Source: an uncultured bacterium | GTDB lineage: Bacteria; Bacteroidota; Ignavibacteria; Kapaibacteriales; UBA4661 | Direction: 5' to 3' | Length of the DNA stretch: 64,000 nt | Assembly: GCA_937899715.1 (NCBI GenBank) | Contig: CALCNX010000075.1 | Span: 9,269 to 73,268 of the forward strand | In this document: positions 29,296-37,567 of the stretch, one piece after another | How positions within the stretch are numbered: position 1 is the first letter of the stretch | How the letters are laid out: each line of letters begins with the position of its first letter | Notes under the pieces: model-generated | What the model saw: the letters and a program-made list of their open reading frames with translations, nothing else | Databases searched by the model: none | What the model was told of the DNA's origin: nothing | Translations under genes and position numbers: made by a program

Positions 29296-29432
29296 GTTTA
29301 ACCTCACCCAGCTATATCATACATTCACAAATCACCAGACTTCAATCAGTTACGACCCAAGCCTCTCGGGGGAGAAACTATGGAGAGGAAAATTGATTTC
29401 TTTCCGTACTGTTATGCAAAGTCCTAACCGTT

Positions 29433-32339
29433 ATGAAATCGTTCTCACTTTCTACAAAAGTAGCAGCGCTCTACGTTATTGTCGGTAGCCTTTGGATTAT
29501 TATTTCCGACGTGCTTCTTAACTATATATTGCATCTCGGCTTGGTTGCTGGTGTACCACAGACGCTGAAAGGGATTGTGTTTATTGCTGTTACCGGAGCA
29601 TTACTTTTTCTGATAATACGCCAAATGGATGCTTCTCGTAGCAGGGTTGAGCAAGAGGCAGAAATGCTCGCATCGGCTGCCAAAGGTAGTCTTGATATTA
29701 TTGCTCTCCACGACCACGATGGAAAAATTTTATTCATCACGCCATCGGTTGCTAATACTCTCGGTTACGAGCCATCCGATTTTATCAATAAACATCCGAG
29801 CATTCTTCATCATCCCGATGACATTGAACGCACACGTACCGCAATCAGGGGTGTGAAAGAAGGTAATGAGCAACAATTTACATATCGTGCCAAGCATAAA
29901 AATGGACACTACATTTGGCTGGAAAGTAAGCTCAAACCAATTCTTGACCCTGCAACCCAGAAGGTCGTTCGATTTGAGGCATTTACCCGCGATGTCTCAG
30001 AGCGTGAGCAAGCATATAGAGCGTTACAACAGAGTGAGGCGCAAGCTCGAAACATCATCGACGCATCGCCTGTACCATCTGCCCTAAATGACAAGAATCA
30101 GCGAATTATATATCTGAATCCAGCCTTTATTGCAATGTTCGGTTACACACTGGACGACATTCCAACCTTGGCAGAATGGTGGGTAAAAGCCTACCCCGAC
30201 GAGGTGTATCGGCAGTGGGTGCAAGAAACATGGCAGCTACATCTGGAAAAAGCACAGCGCGAAGGAACAACCTTTGAGCCGATGGAGCTGAGTATTTGCC
30301 GTAAAGATGGCGGAAAGCGCACTGCGCTTGTGAGCGCGGCTCCGCTCGGGGACGAATTTCAAGACGTTCATCTTGTGATTTTGTACGATATTACCGAGCG
30401 AAAAGCCATGGAAAGGGCGTTGCAGGAAAGCGAGGAGCGATACCGTAATCTGTTCAATGTGATGGAAGAAGGGATTGCTATCAACGAAGCAGTATTCGAT
30501 GAGAATGGTGATGTGGTAGATTACATCATCGTTGATGCCAATCCTGCTTTTGAGCGTCATTCGCCTTATACCATAGCAGAAGCACTTGGTCAAAGGGCAA
30601 CGAGTCTCTATAAGATGGAGTCAAAATTTATACGTGATTGGTGGCGGCAGCATATTACCTTGGCAAGTGTTCCCCGCACAGAGTATTATCACGAGCCGAG
30701 CGACCGATGGTTTGATATTGTAACCACCTTACCCGAAAACGGGCGCTTTGCTACTATTTTTATCAATATCACCGACCGTAAGCGTGCCGAAGAGCAATCA
30801 AGAATGCTCGCGTTGGTGGCAAGTAAAACAAGCAATGCTGTCATTATTACTGATGCTACCGGATACACAACATGGGTAAATAACGGTTTTGTCAATGTTT
30901 CCGGTTTTGCGTCCGAAGAAATCATCGGAAAGAAACCCGGCGACCTATTGCAAGGAAAACGTACCGACTCTGAAACTGTCCGGCAGATGAGCCGTGCTAT
31001 CAGTGCCGGCGAATCTTTTGAAGTCGAAGTGGTGAATTATTCTAAAGACGGTACTCCGTATTGGATACATATCAAAGCAGACCCATTCTTTGATGAATCC
31101 GGGATACTTCAGGGGTTTATTGCTATTGAGCAAGATATTACCCACGAAAAGGAGCAGACCGAAGCGCTTATGCAGAGCTATGTAGAAACGCAAAATTTCC
31201 GCACAGCGCTGGAAACAAGCGCCTTGGTGTCAATAACAGATATTCGCGGTACAATTATCTACGCAAACAAGGCTTTTGCGGCGGTGTCGAAATATACCGT
31301 TGAAGAACTTCTGGGAAAAAATCATAGACTAATCAATTCCGGATTCCATACTCAAGAATTCTTTCGTGAGATGTGGATAACTATTTCTTCCGGCGAACCA
31401 TGGCGTGGCGAAGTCCGCAATCAAGCAAAAGACGGTTCGTACTACTGGGTGGAAACTGCCATTAGTCCTATGCTTGACCAGCACGGACAAATTTATCAGT
31501 ATGTATCGGTGCGGTATGAAATCACCGAGCGGAAACGGATTGAAGAAGAGTTACAAACGTGGTCGCAAGAACTGGAGAAGCGAGTAGAGGAGCGGACTCA
31601 TGAACTGCAAGAATTGAACCATGAGAAAGATGAGATTCTTGGTATTGCGGCGCATGACCTCAAGAATCCGCTTGCCGGTATTCTTTCAGGCGCGGAAATC
31701 TTGGAGCGCTACTACTCCGACGATGACAAAATAAAGTATTTTGCGACCATGATTATTAGTGCTAGTGACCAGATGCTAGGTATTATCAAAAATCTGCTCG
31801 AAATCAATGTCTTAGAAAACGGGAAGTTCGTCATGAATCTTACCCCGATAAGCCTAGAAGTGGTTGTGCCGATAATAGAAGATTATGAGCAACGAGCTAA
31901 AACCAAAGATATTCATGTCCTCTACGAGCCTCCGCCGGGCACGCTCGCTCCCGTTATCATGGCAGATGAACAAGTACTTTGGCGAATAGTGGACAATATT
32001 ATTTCCAACGCACTGAAGTATTCTCCGCACGGAAAAAATATCTACGTCCGCGTTCTAAGTCGTACCGATGAAAATGGCGTAGAATATGGTCGTATGGAGG
32101 TACAAGACGAAGGATCGGGCATCAGCGCTGAAGACAAGAAAAAACTGTTTGGTAAGTTTGCGCGGTTGTCGGCAATACCGACGGGTGGGGAGAGTTCCAC
32201 GGGGCTGGGACTGAGCATTGTGAAAAAGCTGACTGAAGGCATGAACGGAAAGGTATGGTGCGAGTCAGAATTAGGGCAAGGCGCAACATTTATTGTGGAG
32301 TTCCCGATTGCGCACGATGAAAGCTGTTTAGACTCATAA
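29433..32339 (+). CDS. Multi-PAS sensor histidine kinase (two N-terminal TM helices, about four PAS/PAC domains and the shared transmitter module).
   Basis: TM helices (VAALYVIVGSLWIIISDVLL; IVFIAVTGALLFLII) and PAS/PAC signatures (DGKILFITPSVANTLGYEPSDFINKHPSILHHPDD; NKAFAAVSKYTVEELLGKNHRLINSGFH...DGSYYWVETAISP). The H-box is EILGIAAHDLKNPL and the C-terminus is GKFARLSAIPTGGESSTGLGLSIVKKLTEGMNGKVWCESELGQGATFIVEFP. Confidence 0.85.
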   Translation: MKSFSLSTKVAALYVIVGSLWIIISDVLLNYILHLGLVAGVPQTLKGIVFIAVTGALLFLIIRQMDASRSRVEQEAEMLASAAKGSLDIIALHDHDGKILFITPSVANTLGYEPSDFINKHPSILHHPDDIERTRTAIRGVKEGNEQQFTYRAKHKNGHYIWLESKLKPILDPATQKVVRFEAFTRDVSEREQAYRALQQSEAQARNIIDASPVPSALNDKNQRIIYLNPAFIAMFGYTLDDIPTLAEWWVKAYPDEVYRQWVQETWQLHLEKAQREGTTFEPMELSICRKDGGKRTALVSAAPLGDEFQDVHLVILYDITERKAMERALQESEERYRNLFNVMEEGIAINEAVFDENGDVVDYIIVDANPAFERHSPYTIAEALGQRATSLYKMESKFIRDWWRQHITLASVPRTEYYHEPSDRWFDIVTTLPENGRFATIFINITDRKRAEEQSRMLALVASKTSNAVIITDATGYTTWVNNGFVNVSGFASEEIIGKKPGDLLQGKRTDSETVRQMSRAISAGESFEVEVVNYSKDGTPYWIHIKADPFFDESGILQGFIAIEQDITHEKEQTEALMQSYVETQNFRTALETSALVSITDIRGTIIYANKAFAAVSKYTVEELLGKNHRLINSGFHTQEFFREMWITISSGEPWRGEVRNQAKDGSYYWVETAISPMLDQHGQIYQYVSVRYEITERKRIEEELQTWSQELEKRVEERTHELQELNHEKDEILGIAAHDLKNPLAGILSGAEILERYYSDDDKIKYFATMIISASDQMLGIIKNLLEINVLENGKFVMNLTPISLEVVVPIIEDYEQRAKTKDIHVLYEPPPGTLAPVIMADEQVLWRIVDNIISNALKYSPHGKNIYVRVLSRTDENGVEYGRMEVQDEGSGISAEDKKKLFGKFARLSAIPTGGESSTGLGLSIVKKLTEGMNGKVWCESELGQGATFIVEFPIAHDESCLDS

Positions 32340-32483
32340 GAAAGTGTCTAAAAATACGCCTTAAAACCCTCACCCAACCCTCTCCCAGAGGTAGAGGGCT
32401 TCAGAATACGGCTTTGTTTCTTGCTCCTTCTCCCTCTGGGAGAAGGTTGGGATGAGGGGATACACAATTTTCAGACACTTTCT
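32340..32483. repeat. Extended imperfect palindrome of about 145 bp lying immediately after the stop codon of the upstream multi-PAS kinase gene. It is a terminator-like or MITE-like element of a different family from 4455..4777.
   Basis: Outer arms gaaagtgtctaaaaat (32340-32355) and aattttcagacactttc (32467-32483). Inner arms ccctcacccaaccctctcccagagg (32368-32392) and cctctgggagaaggttgggatgagggg (32432-32458). Confidence 0.75.
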
Positions 32484-32608
32484 AAAAGCCTGACGGTTCG
32501 TTCTAGGGGATTTGCTCGGTTTCGTTACTCACGCGATGTACTCACGATTTGTTCACGCTCACTGCTTGAATTCAAGCTGTCATTGAGCCTCATTCACCGA
32601 TAAAGCAG

Positions 32609-33412
32609 ATGAAAACAAATGCTATGCTACGCAATAATGTGTCCACCGAAGGGCATGGGGACAAGACCTTGCTCTTTGTGCATGGATACGGTTGCGACCA
32701 AAATATGTGGCGTTTTATCACGCCAGCGTTCCGAGATTCGTATCGAATTGTTCTCATGGATCACGTTGGTTCCGGCAAGTCCGATGTGAGCGCCTATTCT
32801 GTTGAAAAATACAGCTCGCTTCAGGGTTACGCCGATGACATTATAGAAATTTGCACCGAACTTTCTTTGCAGAACGTAACGATTGTCGGGCATTCGGTCA
32901 GTTCAATGATTGCGATGCTGGCTGCAACGCAGTCCCCGTCTTTGTTTGAAGCGGTCATCATGGTTTGCCCCTCGCCACGCTATATGAATGATGGCGACTA
33001 CATCGGTGGATTTGCTCCCTGTGCTATTGACGAACTCTTGGAATCATTGGACAGCAATTATTTAGGGTGGTCAAGTTCTATCGCGCCGGTAATTATGGGC
33101 AATGCCGATAAGCCCGAACTGGCGGAAGAGCTAAGGGAGAGTTTTTGCCGGAATAATCCCACGATTGCAAAGCATTTTGCGCAGGTAACATTTTTGGGCG
33201 ACAACCGAAGCGATCTCGCCAAGCTGACCGCACCGACACTTATCCTGCAATGCTCATCCGATATGATTGCGCCGCTTCAGGTCGGGAGGTATGTTCATCA
33301 TCATATTGCGGGCAGTACGCTTACCATACTCCAAGCCACGGGGCACTGTCCGCATCTGAGCGCTCCCAGCGAAACCATTGCCGCCATGAAGAAGTTTCTG
33401 GCGGAGCATTGA
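32609..33412 (+). CDS. RsbQ-like alpha/beta-hydrolase of the RsbQ / KAI2 / D14 family of small-molecule-binding hydrolases.
   Basis: The translation (LLFVHGYGCDQNMWRFITPAF...VLMDHVGSGKSD...YSSLQGYADDI...VTIVGHSVSSMIAML...CPSPRYMN...YLGW...ATGHCPHL) aligns along its length with Bacillus subtilis RsbQ as recalled from memory (ILFAHGFGCDQNMWRFMLPEL...IVFDYVGSGQSD...VSIIGHSVSSIIAGI...ICPSPCFMN). The Ser-Asp-His catalytic triad is present. Confidence 0.85.
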   Translation: MKTNAMLRNNVSTEGHGDKTLLFVHGYGCDQNMWRFITPAFRDSYRIVLMDHVGSGKSDVSAYSVEKYSSLQGYADDIIEICTELSLQNVTIVGHSVSSMIAMLAATQSPSLFEAVIMVCPSPRYMNDGDYIGGFAPCAIDELLESLDSNYLGWSSSIAPVIMGNADKPELAEELRESFCRNNPTIAKHFAQVTFLGDNRSDLAKLTAPTLILQCSSDMIAPLQVGRYVHHHIAGSTLTILQATGHCPHLSAPSETIAAMKKFLAEH

Positions 33413-33419
33413 TGCTGCT

Positions 33420-33914
33420 ATGCAAGAGATAGAACGCTATATCAACGAAAGTGCGGAGGAGTTGTACAACAACTCTTACTGCGGTTATTTCACGGCATTG
33501 CCCGACGGAATTATCGTGAAGATAAATGATACGCTCTTGCAATGGCTTCAGCAAGAACGTGCCGAAGTGCTTGGAAGTGTGCGGTGGCAAGACTTTTTGA
33601 CAATGGGTGGAAAGATATATTACGAAACGCATTTTGCTCCCACGCTGCAACTGTATGGTGTAGTCAGAGAAGTCGCTATGGAAATAGTCAGCAAAGCAGG
33701 TGTAAAAATGCCGGTGCTGATAAACGCAACGCAGGTAAAAGACAGCGAAGGGAACGTGCTTCTTACCCGCTCGGTGGTGATAGATATGACCGAAAGAAAA
33801 CAGTATGAACGGGAGCTTCTTCTTGCTAAAAAGTATGCTGAAGATTTGAGTGAACGGCTCGCCGAAGCAAACAGGCAAGTGAATGAATTAATTAATACAG
33901 ATGGCAGTGCATGA
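33420..33914 (+). CDS. PAS-domain protein. It is most likely the N-terminal part of a PAS histidine kinase that a +1 frameshift near 33890-33912 has cut from its transmitter (next feature).
   Basis: PAS-like sequence (YCGYFTALPDGIIVKINDTLLQWLQQERAEVLGSVRWQDFL...) followed by a coiled coil. It starts 8 nt after the hydrolase stop codon. The ORF ends with ...VNELINTDGSA* while the next ORF, in the other frame, begins MAVHDLKNPL, exactly at the H-box. Confidence 0.6.
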   Translation: MQEIERYINESAEELYNNSYCGYFTALPDGIIVKINDTLLQWLQQERAEVLGSVRWQDFLTMGGKIYYETHFAPTLQLYGVVREVAMEIVSKAGVKMPVLINATQVKDSEGNVLLTRSVVIDMTERKQYERELLLAKKYAEDLSERLAEANRQVNELINTDGSA

Positions 33915-34560
33915 CCTCAAAAACCCGCTTCATGGTCTTCGCATGGCGCACGAAATGCTTCAAGCTATGAATGAGAATTCTTCTCCGGCAGACCGCTTGG
34001 GGTTGTTGAATGGGAACATAGCGGCAATAGACCGTATGACTGCGTTGATAACTAATCTTTTGCAGTTGAACGAACTTGAGCAAGGCGCAATACACACGCA
34101 TCCTGAAGTGCTGGAGGTGCGGCATTTACTGGAAGGCTTTGTACGAGATTACCGCTTGCGTGCCGAAGCAAAACATATTATGCTGATGACAGGTAGTAAT
34201 GCCGATACCGTGATGTGGAGTCTTGACAGCGAACTTTTTGAGCAGGTGATGGACAATTTGCTCTCGAATGCAATTAAGTATTCGCCGCTTGGAGGAGTTG
34301 TGTTGGTGCGCTTGGTATCCGATAGCAGCAGGCTGCGCATCGAAATTCAAGACGAGGGCGTGGGCGTTTCACCCGAAGATATGAAAAAGCTCTTTGGCAA
34401 ATTTGTCCGCCTTTCTGCTCGCCCCACAGGCGGCGAACATTCGACAGGTCTTGGATTAAGCATTGTCAAGAAAATGGTAGAAGCCATGCGAGGGCGTGTC
34501 TGGTGCGAGTCGGAACTAGGACGCGGTGCAAAATTTATTGTTGAGTTACCACCATTATAG
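33901..34560 (+). CDS. Shared transmitter module (HisKA + HATPase_c) that begins exactly at the H-box. It is probably the frameshifted C-terminal part of the PAS kinase above (pseudogene or sequencing error).
   Basis: Begins MAVHDLKNPLHGL and carries the C-terminus [52 protein letters not shown]. It has no DHp helix-1 residues upstream of the His and no sensor domain. There is an in-frame stop (taa at 33889-33891) just upstream. Confidence 0.6.
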   Translation: MAVHDLKNPLHGLRMAHEMLQAMNENSSPADRLGLLNGNIAAIDRMTALITNLLQLNELEQGAIHTHPEVLEVRHLLEGFVRDYRLRAEAKHIMLMTGSNADTVMWSLDSELFEQVMDNLLSNAIKYSPLGGVVLVRLVSDSSRLRIEIQDEGVGVSPEDMKKLFGKFVRLSARPTGGEHSTGLGLSIVKKMVEAMRGRVWCESELGRGAKFIVELPPL

Positions 34561-34834
34561 TCTATACTTGTACAAGGATGATAACTGCATAGTTTCGGTA
34601 ATCGTGGCACACTCGGCAGCTATTTTTTCACGAGATTTATTTCGGAGTGTACTTTTATAGCAAAACAATCGTTTTTTAAAGAGGTTCTCACCATATTGGA
34701 ACAAAAGTTGGAACAAGAGCGCTATCCAAGACAAACGTGCTGTATTCTTTGTGTTGATGCCACTATAAAAATTTGTCCGCAAACACTGCTTGTATAGTCA
34801 ATATCTGCGGACTTTATGTTGTTTTCTACGGCGA

Positions 34835-37072
34835 TTACCGCTTTAGCACTCGTGCAATGCGGTGTTGTCCGTTTGCATGGATAACTTCAATTCGATAAAT
34901 GCCTGCTGTATATTGGCTCATATCTATCTGCGTACTGAGTTTGCCGCCTTGCAGTGACTCGTGGGAACTCCACAGACGTTTGCCCAAAATATCACTGAGA
35001 ATCACTTCTGCGGTGCTCTCGCTCTCAAGAAGCGTTTCTAACGTTATGCTATTTGTTGCTGGGTTCGGGTAAACGGTAAGACTTTCTTCAGATGGCGTAG
35101 CGGATTTCTTCAATAACGACTGCTCATCTCTGTTGTTTGGAGCTTTTGCTGTAAATGTTGATAGAAAGGTAAAACCGCTTATCTTCCGCGTTCCTGTCCG
35201 GGTCGATACTGCCACGTCTCCCGAAGCCCCTTTCCCAACAATAGCAGTAATGGTGCCAAATGAACGAGGTTCAGAAGCTGTAGGATCAACCACAAATGAA
35301 AAGGATGCTGCCTCCTTTCCGCCAAAACTAACACTCGTCGGTCCGCCGAAAAAATCACCTATAATCTTCACTGTATCACCACGTCCAGCAAAGAATTTAC
35401 TTATAGAATGAATATAGGGCGTTAACATCGTAATTTTTGCAGCAGGAGTACGGAAACTACAATCATTATCCACAATTAACTCGCCAGAGATACCATTAGT
35501 AACAACGGCTTTAATAAGGGAATCGGAGATAATTTGGAATGAAGGCATGGGAATAAGTAATGAGCTAGCACTAGGAGAATTAGGAGAAAAAACAATTTCG
35601 GAAGATATTCTACTCACACCTAATAATTCCGTGCCCTTAATGAATAACGTATCACCCAAATTGACATCGGTTGGAGTAAGGCGAGTAATAATCGGCAATG
35701 GTGGACAGACCGAAATGCAAGTCGCGGGAGGGCACGTAATACCGAACGAGCCACCGGCAGTGCATACCGTACCGACTATTGTTGTTATGCAAACTGCTCC
35801 CTGAAATCTGCCTCGTCTATCAGCAGCAGAAACAACAATAACTTTGATGAGCGAATCGGAAATATTGAGGATTTGTTGCTGTGGAATTCCTGCGAGAGAA
35901 ACGGTGGTGGTATTGCTCAGTTGTTGTCCGTGAATACTCAACGTATCGCCATGTCGGACGGACGGAGAAAAATCCGTGAGAATTGGTAATAATAGCGGTG
36001 GTGAAATAAATAGAAACCCAGATTTCGCTGCTGTTCCGCAGGTGGTTGCTACAAAAATATCACCCGAACCACCTGCGCCCACAACTGCTTTGATAAGTGT
36101 TGAGGAGACGGGAATAACTGCTGTTGCTGGAAAAGTGGCGCTCCCAAACATAACAGTCGTTGCTCCATTGGGAAACGTCCCCGAAATGTTGACAGTGTCG
36201 CCTGTTCTGGCGGATGTGGGAGAAAAACTCGTAATCGTCGGTGGAAAACTAAACGTAAACCCAGACTTCGTTGCTGTTCCATTTACAGTAGATACTTGAA
36301 CATTCCCCGAAGCACCAGCACCAACGACTGCTCTGACAAGTGTTGAGGAGACGGGAATAATTGCTGTTGCCGGAACGCCTCCGAAGAGAACATAGGCTGG
36401 ATTAGTGAGAAACGTCCCTGAAATGCTGACGGTATCGCCTGTGTTGGCGCACGTTGGAGAAAAACTCGTAATCGTTGGTGCAGGAATAAAAGTAAAGCCG
36501 CACCGTGAGGCTGTACCAAGCGCAGAAAGCAGCGCCACATTACCCGAAGCACCCGCACCGACAACCGCTTTGAGGGGTGACCCTAAAATAAAAGACGCAG
36601 CCGGAACCCCGCCAAATGTAACGCCCGTTATGAGCGGAGTACCTGTTGCTTGAATGGTAACGGTATCCCCTGTTTTAGCAGAACTCGGCGAAAAGCTTTC
36701 AATGGTCGGAAGTAAACTTGATCCCGGTGTGGAGAAAAAGCTAAAACCGCACTGTGTTGCTGTTCCGCCGGGCGTTAATACCGACACATCGCCCGACGAA
36801 CCTGCACCAACAACCGCTTTGATGACAGTAGATGATATTTGTGTAAAGGATGTTGCATTGATTCCACCAAACTTGACAAAAAAAACAGACGTAAAATTCG
36901 TCCCCTGAATCGTCACAGTATCGCCTTGCCGTGCACTTTTCGGTGAAAAGCTGGTGATTTGTGGAGACTGTGATTGTGCAACCATCGTGGGGACTGTGAA
37001 TATATTGCAAAAAGCAGAAAGCAAAAACAGCAGTGGCAAACCGACGTTATTCGATAGGATAATACGTACCAT
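34835..37072 (-). CDS. Large secreted protein with nine or more tandem IPT/TIG-like Ig-fold repeats and a T9SS C-terminal sorting domain. The start is taken at the internal Met beginning the signal peptide MVRIILSNNVGLPLLFLL; the ORF is open to 37348.
   Basis: Repeats of about 80 aa (ITSFSPTSARTGDTVNISGTF...GGVPATAVIPVSSTLVRAVVGAGASGNVQV), and the C-terminus ...LTVYPNPATNSITLE...YTAGIYRIEVIHANGQHRIARVLKR, which matches the T9SS CTD (Por secretion tail) pattern. Confidence 0.8.
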   Translation of the reverse strand: MVRIILSNNVGLPLLFLLSAFCNIFTVPTMVAQSQSPQITSFSPKSARQGDTVTIQGTNFTSVFFVKFGGINATSFTQISSTVIKAVVGAGSSGDVSVLTPGGTATQCGFSFFSTPGSSLLPTIESFSPSSAKTGDTVTIQATGTPLITGVTFGGVPAASFILGSPLKAVVGAGASGNVALLSALGTASRCGFTFIPAPTITSFSPTCANTGDTVSISGTFLTNPAYVLFGGVPATAIIPVSSTLVRAVVGAGASGNVQVSTVNGTATKSGFTFSFPPTITSFSPTSARTGDTVNISGTFPNGATTVMFGSATFPATAVIPVSSTLIKAVVGAGGSGDIFVATTCGTAAKSGFLFISPPLLLPILTDFSPSVRHGDTLSIHGQQLSNTTTVSLAGIPQQQILNISDSLIKVIVVSAADRRGRFQGAVCITTIVGTVCTAGGSFGITCPPATCISVCPPLPIITRLTPTDVNLGDTLFIKGTELLGVSRISSEIVFSPNSPSASSLLIPMPSFQIISDSLIKAVVTNGISGELIVDNDCSFRTPAAKITMLTPYIHSISKFFAGRGDTVKIIGDFFGGPTSVSFGGKEAASFSFVVDPTASEPRSFGTITAIVGKGASGDVAVSTRTGTRKISGFTFLSTFTAKAPNNRDEQSLLKKSATPSEESLTVYPNPATNSITLETLLESESTAEVILSDILGKRLWSSHESLQGGKLSTQIDMSQYTAGIYRIEVIHANGQHRIARVLKR

Positions 37073-37148
37073 GGAGGTAAAGAATGAATTGTAGGAAAAC
37101 ACTATTAAGTGCTGCAAAGATAGGCGGGCTGGTCTTATAAAGCTATTC

Positions 37149-37184
37149 GTACATCTACGGATTTGGCAAAAACCGTAGATGTAC
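37149..37184. repeat. Perfect 12-bp-stem hairpin (gtacatctacgg / ccgtagatgtac) with a 12-nt loop, in the divergent intergenic region between the TIG-repeat gene and the MCP gene.
   Basis: Read directly from the sequence: gtacatctacgg atttggcaaaaa ccgtagatgtac. Confidence 0.7.
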
Positions 37185-37320
37185 TGATAGCAAAAGTTAG
37201 GGCGGGGGATGATAGTAGCATTAAGGCAGAAACAACAGTGAAAGCTATGAAGGGCAGGGTTTGGTGCGAAAGTGAAGAGGGCAAAGGGGCAACGTTTATT
37301 GTGGAATTGTGCAGGTATAG
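37163..37320 (+). pseudogene. Remnant of the last ~25 codons (...[22 protein letters not shown]) of the shared transmitter module, with no upstream kinase.
   Basis: 37241-37310 translates to [24 protein letters not shown], matching the conserved kinase C-terminus. Upstream of it the translation degenerates ([11 protein letters not shown] compared with SIVKKMVEAM). Confidence 0.55.
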
Positions 37321-37567
37321 TCTCACTGTTTGCCAACGCAACCCCCAAAGCGGCATCGTTTTTCTGTGTCGTTTGGTGGAAGTTTTTTGTACATTCGTGA
37401 CGGAAGAAAAAATGCCATCGCTTCTATTTCACTACATTGGGGAGCCGACGTTATTCGTTGCTTCATGGTATTGTATGCGGAGCGTTCATGCACTGTTCGT
37501 GCGTATATTGTCCAAAACACACCACAAACGATTTTTGCCACTTTTGCCCATCTATTTGGAACACACT

